Below, one piece after another: positions 51,660 to 64,000 of a stretch of DNA of 64,000 nt. The stretch's first letter is position 1. The number at the start of each line of letters is the position of its first letter. The stretch comes from Cetorhinus maximus (taxonomy: Eukaryota), in contig NC_135885.1 in NCBI RefSeq assembly GCF_964194155.1, positions 111,786,001 through 111,850,000 on the forward strand. The letters run 5' to 3'. The notes under the pieces are model-generated. The model made no database searches, was not told the origin of the DNA, and worked only from the letters and a program-made list of their open reading frames with translations. A program made the translations under genes and the position numbers.

Positions 51660-53150
51660 ACACAAGAACTAGGAGCAGGAGTCCTCGAGCCTGCTCCACC
51701 ATTCAAAAAGATCATGGCTGATCTGATGTGGCCTCAACTCCATTTTACTGTCTGCCCCCAATAACCCTTGACTCCCTTGTTGATCAAACATCTGTCTAAC
51801 GTAGCCTTGAATATATTCAATGGCCCAATTTCCACTGCTTTCTGGGGTAGAGCATTCCAAAACAAATGAACATCTGAGTGAAAAAAAAATCTCCTTATCT
51901 CAGGCTTAAGTGGGAGACACCTAATTTTTAAACTGTGTCCCCTGGTTCTAGACTCCACCATAAGGGGAAACATCCTCTCAGCATCCAACCTGTCAAGTTC
52001 CTTCAGGATCTTATATATTTCAATAAAATCACCCCTCATTCTTCTAAACTCCAATGGGTATAGGCCCAACCTGCTCAACTTTCCTCATAAGATAGTTCCT
52101 TTATCCCAGGATTCAGTCAAGTGAACCTTCTCTGAGCTGCTTCTACTGTAATTATGCCAAAGCTGTACACAGTACTCCAGATGTGGTCTCACAGTACTCC
52201 AGATGTGCCCTGTACCACTGTAGCATAACACCCATATTTTTATACTCAATTCCCTTGCAATAAAAGCCACCTGCACTTGCATACCAAAAATTTTTGAATC
52301 ATGTGCCAGGTTACCCAGATCCCTCTGTACTGTAGAGTTCTGCAGCCTCTTTCCATTCAAAAAATACACTACTTCTCTATTCTTCTTGCCAAAGTGGACA
52401 AGTTCACATTTTACCACACTATACTCCATCTTCCAAATGTACTTTCCTACCTATCTTTGTGTCACCAGCAAATTTAGCTACCATACATTTTGTCCCCTCA
52501 TCCAAGTCACTGATATAGATTGTAAATAATTGAGGCCCCAGCACTGATCCACTGATGCCAACCTAAAAATGACCCATTTATCCCTACTCTGCTTCCTATC
52601 AGCTAATCAACCCTCTTTCCATGCTAATATGTTACTCCTTAAACCACGATCTGTTATTTTGTGAAGTAACTTCTGATGTGGCACCTTGTCGAATACCTTT
52701 TGGAAATCCAAGTCCTCCACATTTACAGGTTCCCCTTTATCCATGTTGCTTGTTACTCTCACAAAGAATTCCAATAAATTAGTCAAACATGATTTCCCTT
52801 TCACAAAGCCATGTTGACTCTGCCTAATTGTATTATGATTTTCTAAATGTCCTGATGTTACCACCTTAATAATGGATTCTAGCATTTTCCCTATGACAGA
52901 CATTAGACTAACTGGGCTATAGATTCTGGCTTTCCATCTCCCTCCTTTCTTGAAATGAGGTGCCACATTTGCAGTTTTCGATTCCGCTGGGACATTTCCA
53001 GAATCTAAGGAATTTTGGAAGATTATAACAAATGTATCTACTATCTCTGCTGCCACTTCTTTTACGGCGCTGGAATGAATGCCATCAGGTCCAGGGGACT
53101 TGTCAACCTTTAATTCTAAAAGCTTTCCCAGTACTTTTCCCTAATGATTG
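51660..53150 (-). mobile_element. CR1 LINE RT region and 3' end
   Basis: ORFs 52607-53056 (SQHGFVKGKSCLTNLLEFF), 52085-52429 and 51734-52078. Confidence 0.93.
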
Positions 53151-53154
53151 TGAC

Positions 53155-54595
53155 TTTTTTTAACTTATTTATGGGATGTGGCCATCGCTGGCTAGGTCAG
53201 TGTTTATTGCCCATCCCTAGGCCCTTGAGAATATGGTTGTGAGCTGCTTTCTTGAACCGCTGCAGTCCATTTGGAGTAGGTACACACACAGTGCTGTTAG
53301 GAGGGAGTTCCAGGATTTTGACCCAGTGACAGTGAAGGAACAGTGCTGTATTTCCAAGTCAGGATGGTGAGTGGCTTGGAGGGGAACTTCCAGGTTGTGG
53401 TGTTCCCATGTGTTAGCTGCCCTTTTCCTTTGAGATGGTAATGGTCGTGGGTTTGGAAGGTGCTGTCTAAGGAACCTTGATGAGTTCCTGCAGTGCATCT
53501 TGTAGATGGTACACACTGCTGCCACTGTGCGTCGGTGGTGCAGGGGGTGAATGTTTGTGGATGGGGTGCCAATCAAGTCAGTTGTTTTGTCCTGGATGGT
53601 GTCAAGCTTCTTGGGTATTGTTGTAGCTGCACTCATCCAGGCAAGTGGAGAGTATTCAATCACAATCCTGACTTGTGCCTTGCAGATGGTGGACAGGCTT
53701 TGGGGAATCAGGAGACAAGTTACTCACCGCAGGATTCTTAGCCTCTGACCAGCTCTTGTAGCCACAGTATTTATATGGCTAGATCAGTTCAGTTTCTAGT
53801 CAATGGATTTTGATAGAAGGATATTCAGTGATGGTAATGCCATTGAATGTCAAGGGGTGATGGTTAGATTCTCTCTTGTTGCAGATGGTCATTGCCCGGT
53901 CGCTTTTGTGGTGCAAATGTTATTTGCCACTTGTCAGCCCAAGCCTGGATATTGTCCAGGTCTTGCTGCATTTGGACATGGACTGCTTCAGTATCTGAGA
54001 AGCCAAGAGTGGTGCTGAACATTGTGCAATCATCAGCGAACATCCCCACTTTTGATATTATGGTGGAAGGTAGGTCATTGATGAAGCAGCTGAAAATGGT
54101 TGGGCCTAGGACACTACCCTGAGGAACTCCTGCAGTGATGTCCTGGAACTGAGGTGATTGACCTCCAACAATCACAACCACCTTCCTTTGTGCTAGGTAT
54201 GACTCCAACCAGCGGAGGGCTTTCCCCATGATTCCCATTGACTGCAGTGTTGCTAGGGCACCTTGATGTCATTCTTGGTCAAATACTGCCTTGATGTCAA
54301 TGGCAGCCACTCTCACCTCACCTCTGGAGTTCAGCACTTTAGTCCATGTTTGAACCAAGGCTGTAATGAGGTCAGGAGCTGAGTGGCCGTGGCGGAACCC
54401 AAACTGATTGTCAGTAAGCAGGTTAATGCTAAGCAAGTGCCGCTTGATAGCACTGTTGATGACATCTTCCATCACTTTACTGATGATTGAGAGTAGACTG
54501 ATGGGGCGGTAATTGGCCAGGTTGGATTTGTCCTACTTTCTGTGTACAGGACATACCTGGACAATTTTCCACATGGCCGGGTAGATTCCAGCGAT
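53155..54595 (-). mobile_element. CR1/L2-like LINE family B, RT and 3' end
   Basis: GVPQGSVLGPTIFSCFINDLP..MFADD (ORF 53864-54238); NQFGFR..DIKAVFD; EYSPLAW; A-rich tail at 53155. Confidence 0.92.
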
Positions 54596-54599
54596 GTAA

Positions 54600-55110
54600 C
54601 TCTTTTTAGTCAAAACAATTAAACTAAATTAACAAAATCAGAGACAAAGTAAAAGCAGCCCTTAAAGGGAAACTGCAAACGCAAAAGACAAAATGCAACA
54701 GTAACTTACCAATATTAAATCAAAATGTGATTAAAGGGGGCGATAAAACCCCCCCAGTCCCCGCAGTGCCCACTGAGCACGGAAGGCCTCGACAGTGCCG
54801 GCGACCACTGCGTGCTCCCTCTCCAGGGACACCCGGCCACGAACATAGCCACGGAAGAGGGGCAGACATTCAGGTCAGACAACCCCCTGGACCTGCTAAT
54901 GACCAACTTGGCCAGGCCCAGGAGCAGGTGCACGAGGAGGCACCCCCTCCCTCCCTGCCCCCCTTCCGCATTGGATGCCCGTAGATCAGGAGTGTGGGAT
55001 TGAAGTGCAAACAAAACAACAGCAAAAGGCTTTTTAAATAACTGAAAATGGAGTGCAGTCTACAACACCCTATATAGACATGGTCCATGGACTCCACAAG
55101 GCCACAAGTG
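54600..55110 (-). mobile_element. L1/Tx1-like LINE 3' fragment
   Basis: CGLVESMDHVYIGCCRL zinc knuckle, LHFNPTLLIYGHP and LLLGLAKLVISRSR, resembling a Tx1 ORF2 C-terminus; T-rich 3' UTR. Confidence 0.8.
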
Positions 55111-55209
55111 TCAGTGTTGTAGGTGTACTGGAACTGCTTGGCTAGGGGCGCAGCAAGTTCTGGAATACAAGTCTTCAGTACTATTGCCGGAGTATGTGGC
55201 CATGTAGTT

Positions 55210-55555
55210 CACAGTGACGAGGTTAACAATTGTCTCCAGAATGAGATCAATGGTTTGGTTGAGTGGGCAGAAAAGTGGCAAATGGAATTCAATCCGGACA
55301 AGTGTGAGGTAATGCATTTAAGGAGGCCAAACAAAGCAAGAGAATACTCAATAAACGGGAGGATATTGAGAGAGGTTGAGGAAATGAGAGACCTTGGAGT
55401 GCATCTCTACAGGCCTCTGAAGGTGGCAGGACAGGTGGACAAGGTGGTAAAGAAAGCATGTTGAATGCTTTCCTTTATTGGACGAGGTATTGAATACAAA
55501 AGCAGGGATGTAATGGTGTAATTGTATAAAGCACTGGTTAGGCCACAGCTAGAAT
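55210..55555 (+). mobile_element. CR1 RT fragment
   Basis: WAEKWQMEFNPDKCEVMH..RDLGV. Confidence 0.9.
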
Positions 55556-55559
55556 GTGA

Positions 55560-56498
55560 CATGTGGGATGCTGAGATTGCACGGGGCTGTGAGCACCTCC
55601 AGCAGTGACTGCTACATGGCCAGCGTTGGCGAGGAGATTGTACAACATGTGCAATCCAAAGGCTCTGCGATCCAATAAAGTGGTGGCGGACTTGAAACCT
55701 GTGCTCGGGGGATGGGGAATAAGGTATGGAGCGCTTGATGTTCCTTTGGTGCCTCCGTGTTGCTTGCATGGGTGGGCAGGCTAGGAGCCGGCCCCAATCA
55801 TATCACTGTGGCTGTGCTTGATCTGTCTTAGTTGCAGAAGCATGGTCAGTTTATACAGGTGTCCCTAATGTGTGGCCACTTCTCTCATTTACCCTGACCC
55901 CCATCTCAATTGCCTATGTGCGGGATGCAGCACCAGGGCATCACTTGATCCCCACCCCACCAAAAATAGTCATCTCCGAGGCTGGCCAGCACTTGATTCT
56001 GGACAGCAACCCCCCCCAACCCCCCAACCATCAGCAGTTGTCTCCGAGGCTGGCCAGTATTTGCCCCCGGACACACCTCCCCCCTCAGCAATCACCTCTG
56101 GGGCCAGGCATCAGTTGCCCACGATGCCCTTGAGGCCTATAAACAACAGGAGAGCTGTGGAGAACGCTGCTGCTCATTCACTTCAGTTCCCCCAAAGTGA
56201 AGGCCACCAAGTGCAAGACGCCTGCGTGCTGTTGTGAAACACATCGGCGTGCTTTCCAGCCAATGTGGACGGACGATATGGCGGAGTTCCAAGAGCCTGG
56301 CGGGCTGGCCTTTTAATTATACGCTAATGTATTACAATTAGATCCCCACCGACTGATGGTGGGAAACGTGGCCCGCCGTTGGTGGGCTGAGCAGGCAACC
56401 GCAACCTGCCTTCACGTTGTTGTGAAGCAGGTCGCGCCATGTTTTCCGTGCACACCACCTATCACACCCGCCACCAGTGGGCTCAGAAAATTCTGCCC
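55560..56498 (+). mobile_element. Harbinger right-end remnant
   Basis: Ends AAAATTCTGCCC; the last 270 bp are homologous to 45400-45670 and to the reverse complement of 47738-48000. Confidence 0.65.
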
Positions 56499-56539
56499 AG
56501 AGCCTTTAACTCTGACTTTTTACCATTCTTGCAACCTCT

Positions 56540-57545
56540 GACCTTTTATGCTGGTGCTGTCATGTTTATGCGCTCAGCCTCTTCCTTCCGCACTCTGGTT
56601 ATCATTGCCCATGTCACTACCCTGCTCTATTGCCTTGCCTTTTCTCTTAATTTTATCACATCGCCCCTCAGGTGAACCCTCACTCCCACTGTTTTGTTTA
56701 AACCCCTCTATATTGCCCTGGTTATGTGACTTGCCAGAATACTGGACCCAGCACGGTTCAGGTGAAGACCATGTCAATAGTACAGCTCCCACTTTCCTCA
56801 GTACGGGTGCCAGTGTCCCATGAATCAAAACCCATTTCTCCCACAAAAATCTTTGAGCTATGCATTCCTAATCTTATTTACCCTACACAATTTACTCGTG
56901 GCTCAGGTAATACTCCAGAGATTATTACCTTTGAGGTTCTGACTTTTAATTTGGCCCCGAGCTGCTCATAATCCCTAAGCAGAATGTCTTTCCTAGTCCT
57001 ATATATGTCATTGGCACCCACGTTGACTACAACCACTGGATCCTCCCTCTCCCACTGCAAGTTCCTCTCCAGCCCCAAGTCCTGAACTCTGGCACTGGGC
57101 AGGCAACACAACATTTTGGACTCATGCTCTCAGCTGCAGAGAACTGTGTCTATTCCCCATGAAAATACCGTCCCCTACTACCTATTTTCTGTTTACCCTC
57201 CCCCGACCTGAACATCTCCATACGAAGGTGCCATGGTCAGTTTACTCATCCACCTTGCAGCCCCCACCCTTGTCCATACAGGCTGCAAGAACCTTGAACC
57301 TGTTGGACGATTGCAAGGGCTGAGGCTCCTCCACTTCTATCTTCTGGCTTACCTTACCTGCCTCACTCACAGTCATACCTTCCTGTCCCTGACCATGGAC
57401 CAAATCAAAAGACTGTAGCCTAATGGGTGTGACTGTCTTCTGGGGCAAAGTGCCCAGGTAACATTTCCCCTCTCTGATGTATCACAGTGTCCGAAGCTCA
57501 GCCTCCAGCTCATGAACTGCTTGAATTCCTTGAGCTGCAGACACT
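56540..57545 (-). mobile_element. CR1 ORF1 (SGNH/GDSL esterase type) fragment
   Basis: CCLPSARV..DPVVVVNVGANDI..LGAKLKVRTSKVIISGVLPEPR; QSSNRFKVL. Confidence 0.88.
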
Positions 57546-58359
57546 CACTGAAAAGAGGACCACCCTCCTCTCCCTCACTGCCTCAAGAAGCACTTCCAAG
57601 TCTGCATCAGCAAAACGAGGTGCAGCCCTGCCCTGCATTCCAGCCCTCTGCCTTTCCTGCTCTGTCAGTAATATAGCAATTGATACACTAAAAAGGCAAT
57701 TACTGTAACAGCTGCCTGACCTGCCCTCTAGCCAAATAACAGGCTGGCCCTGTGAAAATTGGGGCCTGTGACTGCTTTCTCAGGGCTAAGATTGGGACCC
57801 AGAAACAATCTAGACATCTGTTTCCTGATTCTGGAAGGAAAATCAGGTCCATGGTGTCTCTTCAACATCACTATCTTCTTGCTCTTCACCACTGCTTGGG
57901 CAGGTTACAGTTTGAATGTCTGAAAGGAAAAGGGCCAAGGGTTGGGTTGTGGTGAGCAGAGAGGAGAAAGTCATTAATGTATGCTTACACCATCAGCAGC
58001 TTGTAAATCAGAAGAGATTGTGGGATGAGGGAGAAGTGGGTTGAGGGAAGGAGGATTAGAGATGTGGATACCTTCATCTTCAATGGCTTCAGCCCCACCA
58101 GTAGCTAAGGCTTCAACAATGGACCATCCCTATCACATTCTCTTTAAGACGGGCAGGCCAGCTTTAAGTACTCACAATATGGGGCCTCCTCCTGATGCAC
58201 ATTACCAAAGTAAAGTGTGGAAATTCTGGCTGCATGTAGCAATGATGATAATGGGTAAGCAGCACAAAGTTGGTGTGTTGCTTGCATTACACTAAAAGAG
58301 CACCAGCCAATTGCCCGTTTCAATCCCTGTGTCCATTATCTCCTCTAGCTGTTTTCCAG

Positions 58360-58590
58360 TGGTATTGGCTGAGAGATGAATGTTGGCAAGAACACTGAAA
58401 GAATTCCCCACTTTTCTTCACATTGTGCCATTAAATCTTTTATATCCATCTGACCAGGCAACCAGGAATTCAGTTTAATGCCTCATCAAAAAGTTGACAC
58501 TTCTGACAATGCAGCACTCTGTCGGTACTGCACTTAAATGTCAGTCCGGATTCTGTGCTGAAGTCCTGCATTAGGGTTTGAACACACAGC
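58360..58590 (-). mobile_element. Degraded Deu-SINE
   Basis: Reverse-complement similarity to 15280-15520. Confidence 0.7.
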
Positions 58591-58697
58591 GTTATGTATA
58601 ATGTAAGAGTTGTTCCATGAGAGCAACTAGTTGATCATTCTAAAACACAAAAATTGCTCTAATTCAGAAATGAGATTACACCATCAATTCATTCCTG

Positions 58698-59394
58698 GAC
58701 CAGAATTTTATGTTTGGCGCGTGGAATCACGCCCAACATGCCTGAGCGTAATATGACACGTGATGATGTCGGGCGTGCATCCCGACATCATCGCACACTC
58801 GCGTGACATTTCATTCGGCAGGCGTGCGCCGGAGTTGGCTGCACGCCCGTCAATAATTGAAAGGCCTATAAAGGCCATTAACAAGCTCATTAACTTGAAA
58901 TTTACACTGCCTGTCCAACCTAACGGTTGGCGGGCAGGTGAAAATGCAAGCGACCTTTACATTTTTTAGAAAACCTCATTCACGAGCAGCATGAGGCTTC
59001 CTAAAGCCAATACAAATTAAATTAAAACTTTATTTTAAAATTAAAAACATGCCCCATCTCATGTGACACAGTCACATGAGGGGACATGTTTCATTAAATT
59101 TTTATTGTATTTATTAATTTTTTAAAAAAGCGCTTCAATCTCCCTGAGACAGCTCCGTGCCTCAGGGAGATTGAAGCGCTCTTTCACGCGCATGCACTAA
59201 CTGCGCGTGAGGCCCGGCTCTCCCTCCTCCCCCCACCCGCACAGGTCACACTCAGAGCTGCCGTTCGCGATCCACGCTGGGCGGGCCTTAATTGGCCTGC
59301 CCGCATGAAGTTGCGGTGCGGAGTTGATTGCAGGCAGCGGTTGGCTTCCCGCCCACTCCAGTTGTGCCCACATGACGAAGGAAAATTTCTGGCC
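58698..59394 (+). mobile_element. Harbinger-type MITE (family M1)
   Basis: TIR GACCAGAATTTT versus reverse complement GGCCAGAAATTT; exact TSD CTG; left end homologous to the reverse complement of 39400-39614. Confidence 0.9.
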
Positions 59395-61924
59395 CTGGTA
59401 AAGTACTGCAGATGCTCAAAATCTGAAATAAAAACAGAACATGTTGGAAACCATTCCGAAGGTTAGGCTCTCACCATGTATAATCCAGAAATCATTCCTG
59501 GTATTTGGCTATAATTTTAAAATTAGATTGTTTAAGTTTTACATTGGTTTTCTCGGCTTTTTTGGATAGTTTACTGGAGTAGCAGTAGACACCAAGTATC
59601 ATGCTCTTCACATCTTTGATGTCTAATGATGTACAAGTATGTCAGTTAATGATTGTGATATTGTTATTACAGATTTATCAAGAATTAATCTGCTCTTGTT
59701 TCCTAGGAATTATAGTCAATAAATATTTAATGAAGAGTGTCAAACTGAATTGATTTCATACTTCCAAGTATTATAGGTCTAAATGTAATTAATATTAAAA
59801 CCATCCCACTATAATCTAAGACACAATAAACAGGGGTTATACTATTCACATATACTTAGAATATTGTCCTTTTCATTTAAGTACTTTTTCCATATGCCAG
59901 TTCATAGATAGGGGCCATTAGAGCACAGCTTGGCTTTTGAGATGACTAGTAGGCCGTCAATACCTACCTGACAGTTTCCAGACATAACCATTACTGTAGC
60001 ATGAGCTGAAACTGAGACACAAATTAAGGGTAAATATGGCCTCTGTTGTTCTGTTGTCTTCCTTCACAAATCATTGAGCAAAAGCTGCACAGCATGGTCA
60101 AAACATACTAGTTTTTCTTTCCTTTTCATATGCATTAGTTTCATTATTAGTCACAAAGGGTTCAAACAAAACAGACAGTGATTGTAGTTCAATTCATCAC
60201 AGCTGAAGCCTTCAGGGAAATTAAAGGATGTAGCTGACCTGGGGAGGAGAAGTTGGGATCACACATCTGATGCTTTCATTGATGCTAATGGCTAAGCATA
60301 TCCGAATACAACAAACTGACCCTTCAGAGAATAAGGGGAGATTTAATTCATTAGCTTGTAAACCAAAGGGAGAAAAATAATTTAATAAAATGCTTCAGGG
60401 GTTTCTAACAAGACACAAATCTTTGACAGCTTTGAATAAAACTTCATAAATGTAATTCTGTTGAAGAAAATTAAACAGTACTGTATCACCTTTCCTATAA
60501 ACTGTAATGTTTCTTAATCTGATATTAAATGCATTGTTTATGGCTCCCTGAAGAACATCCCTACATGATTATATTGACATGATGTTTGTATAACTCCCAA
60601 AGAAACCTTTATTGAAGAAGCACCTTTTTAAACACTTCCTCGTGCTATTAAAGTAAGGAATGACAGGACTGGAATCATTTGACATCTTAGACCCCATGAC
60701 CAGCATCAGATTTCAAGCCTGGTCTGGAATAGATAGATTGTGATGTAAAGCTTCATCAATTTTTTCCCCAAACTCAGTGGAGCACACCCCTTCACTGCAT
60801 CAGTGTGACATTTCTCTAGTATCAACACTGTTGACGATATGTCCTCACAGCATTCAATTTAAGGGCGCATTTTACAAATTTGCACTCCCCACAAGAAGCT
60901 TCACCTGCTGGGAGTGGATATTGAGAATTTAAGTGCCAAGAACAAATTAATAATGAAATATTGATAAAATGAATGATGGAACCCACTGAATCTGATGTCA
61001 AAATTCTCACTATGCAGTTCTCGGAACACAAATGCTGGGAGCACAAATTCATAAAATGACCTCGTCTTGTGCCATTTAGTGTTATATAGTTTTATGCTGT
61101 TAGACGATGCCCGCAAGGCATTGAATTGAGACTGTATGCACTCACAGAGGGGTATTTCATCCCAGAGCTCTGTGTCTGGTCACTACAATATCCAATTTCT
61201 TCCCCCTATAAATTATTAAATATTATGGGGGTGAAATTGGTTTATGCCACTAGCACCAAATGCAGTGAAAATGAATTGGCAGCCCGTTTTACATCACACC
61301 TGATCTTCTCCATTGGATAGCTGATAATTTGCTATGAGTTCATTTTGCGCTACTAGTAAACCCATATTTTAGGTTCACTATTTCGGTTGACTCTTTTATG
61401 CAACACATTTCCTTGGTGAAAATCACTTATTTCCCAGAGTATAAGTTAATTCAGTAAAGAAAACCAGAGAACTATATTGATTGGAACTTTTCTTTTTTTA
61501 AGACATGTACATTGTTGTTGTATTTATATAGAAGAAAAAAATAGATGCTTGCAAGTGTTTATGGCAATTGGCAGGAATAATAGGATGGCACAATATAGAC
61601 AAGATAATGAAGAGTACAGCTTGAAAAGGGTATGATGATTATGAAGTAATTGTGGGAATAACTAAAGGCATAAAGATACTGTGCCAATATCAAACAAAAA
61701 TAAAATAAGATTTCTGAAATTTAAAAGAATGTCAAGTAAATTCGCATCTGAAATGGAAAAATAGGCTCATATTTCCTTCTATTCTAACTGGCCAGTCACA
61801 TCTGAAATATTAATGTGTAGTATATTTCTTGTCTTTTTTTGTTTTCATTTCAGGTTTCAGCATTTACAGCTTCTCTTTTTGTGTGGGCTAAAATGAGATT
61901 TTTCACTGGTTCCTTTTTCTAAGA

Positions 61925-62095
61925 TGCTGAAATTTTCCTCCAGTTGTAACTGGGCAATAGCAATTTGCAGCCCATTTCACACCCTGCCCGATTTTGTCTT
62001 TCACTGAGTTTATTTCAGAGAAGAAAATTGGATGGGGTGTAAAACAAGCGGGTTATTTGCCCCTTTTGTGCCCACGGCAAAGTTGGATTTCACCT
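61925..62095. repeat. Old palindromic MITE-like repeat (related copy at about 61226-61370)
   Basis: TTTCACACCCTGCCCGATTTT ... AAAATTGGATGGGGTGTAAAA inverted arms. Confidence 0.5.
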
Positions 62096-62174
62096 CTAAT
62101 TGTCTAACCTAATGAAATAATGTATGTCTGGGTAATGTCGATTTTTGAGCATTGCTGAGAAAAAGAGACATGTT

Positions 62175-64000
62175 GGGTAGAATTTTCCCAGATTTGCACT
62201 AAGTGCAGTAGTGGTCAGGTAAAATGACGTTTTGCCCGTTGGCCGCTATGGCAGCTTTTCACGCCATATCGTCCCAAGCCTGCACTCCTGGGAAACACGC
62301 TGTTTCCATGGCGGACGGCCTCTCATTTGCCCACCGGCCATCACCCCGCTGCCATATCACGCCAGGCACCATGTTTAAAGTCCAGCCACAAGCACAGCGC
62401 TCATTGCCTCCAGCTCACCACTGCTGCATGGAAGACATGGCCAGCAAATAAAAAAAGACTGCAGCCACCCAGCTTCAACGACAGGTCCCTTGAGCGACTG
62501 CTGGATGCCGTGGAGGCCCACTGGGATGTCCTGTACCCCCGCTCTGGCTGCTGGATTGGCAGCAACATGACCAATCCAGGTTGGGAGGCAGTGGCAGTGG
62601 TGGTCAGCGCCAATACCCTTCAGAAGAGGACACCCAGTACTGCAAAAGGATGAATGATCTCCTCCGTTCCAACAAGGTAAGTCACTCTTCTCATCGCTCT
62701 CAACTCACACACTCACAAACACATCATGCATCCAGAGTGCCCTCACTCACTGCCAGTTCAAGGGACATCACCATTCACTCTCTTACACTCACCGTCATTG
62801 TGCTCATCTCATCCATGGGACCACTCACCACCCACACAGGCAGGTGTTATCATCTGGCTTGGCAGATGACTTGCTTACTCTTTCTCCATCTCTATCCACA
62901 CAGGATAAGCTGGCACACAAGAGAGAGAGGTCACAGACTGGTGGCGGAATGCCTGAAATCTAGGTCCTCATGGAGTTTGAAAACAGAGCCATCCAGCTGG
63001 CTGGTGACAATCTGGACTGGTCCTGTGCTGACGGTGAGATCGGCGCTGCTCTACCAAGTGGGAATCCAGCACTGCAACATCCACAAAGCAACCATACTGT
63101 GAATGATGTGTCCTCTTTCACAGGCCTCTGCCACGCACTAATTATCTCCCCTTGCTTTCGCAAGCACATCTGCCAAACAGCTGACAGAATCCATGACCCA
63201 GGGCCTCCAATCAAGCCCCGAAGGAGGAGGAATCTGAAGGCACCCTCCCTGAAAACCCGTCACAATGCTCACCCACACTCTCCACCAGCGCAGAGATACA
63301 CACCTCGGTGGAACCTAGCTTTAGAGTAGCCCTGGGATCACTCCAGCTACCCCTGCTCTACAAGGAGTCAGCCTGCAGCCCCCAGGCACCCTGGGTCAGT
63401 AGGCCCACACACTCTGGGCCCATCTATCCAGGTAACTCTGAGAGTTTCAGGCCAATCCGACTCCCCTTTTAGCTCCACAGGCCGGGAAAGGTGCCACGGC
63501 CACACAGCAGGACCCCGAAGACAGGCCTGGGCTTCCAAGTCTCGGCCCACCAGAGGACACCCACCAAAGTCATCACAGGCAGGGTGTCGCAGTCAGCAGT
63601 CTGCCTCCACCTCCACTGTGGATGTCCGGGGAGCAACAAGACGGTTATGAAAGTTAAGGAGAATTAGTTGCACAGCCTGGGCACGGATGTTAATTACTTG
63701 TACATGTTGTTCACTATTGTCATTAAACTCCCAAGAATGTCTCCCTGCCTATGGCTCCTTGTTCTGAGGAGCAGTGCTCTTGTCACTCAGATGTGAAACG
63801 TTTCTGCTGTGATGCTGTGCACCAGCTCCAGAAGGGCTCAGGTTCTGAAGGCGGACAATGAGCTTCTAAAGTTTCATGGCTGTGACTCTATAATATGACC
63901 CTGATCACGGAGCACAAGCGAGCTCCCCTTGGCCAGATAGGAGTCAGACATTCTCTGAGGCTATGTGAAGATCTATGGAGTGTCCTCACTGCATGTCGTC
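62175..64000 (+). mobile_element. Harbinger element with a Myb/SANT pseudogene, running off the window
   Basis: TIR GGGTAGAATTTTCCC; ATG 62437, donor 62677, exon 2 from 62904, donor 63058; FNDRSLERLLDAVEAHWDVLYP..WEAVAVVV..CKRMNDLLRSNK. Confidence 0.88.

Noticed and set aside
55620-55700. LDCT-like motif suggesting a Harbinger transposase catalytic region on minus
   Set aside because: Flanking residues (GFP..G, HV.I..P) are not recoverable in frame.
59970-60547. Further small minus-strand exon candidates (about 59970-60010 and 60490-60547)
   Set aside because: Weak acceptors; such matches occur by chance, which also tempers the three-exon hypothesis.

Overview
This is eukaryotic, transposon-saturated, probably intergenic or intronic DNA. 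The repeat content (CR1 LINEs, Deu-domain SINEs, Penelope-like tails) points to a cartilaginous fish such as a shark, which is an inference. I recognise no intact protein-coding gene, rRNA, tRNA or CRISPR array, and almost every ORF in the track is a degraded transposon fragment or a low-complexity artefact. Main contents: (1) many CR1-clade LINE fragments of two families plus a Tx1 fragment; (2) several Gypsy-type LTR remnants and solo LTRs, including a divergent element with an LADD RT motif and TACC...GGTA ends; (3) a dense set of PIF/Harbinger elements and MITEs with roughly 12-16 bp TIRs and 3-bp TSDs, six of which keep remnants of an intron-containing Myb/SANT gene while the transposase is deleted; (4) Penelope-like 3' ends carrying minimal hammerhead-ribozyme motifs; (5) deep nesting, one internal inversion, and micro/minisatellites. 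A speculative minus-strand chain of three phase-compatible exons is also flagged. Family names come from my recognition of motifs; no database search was run.
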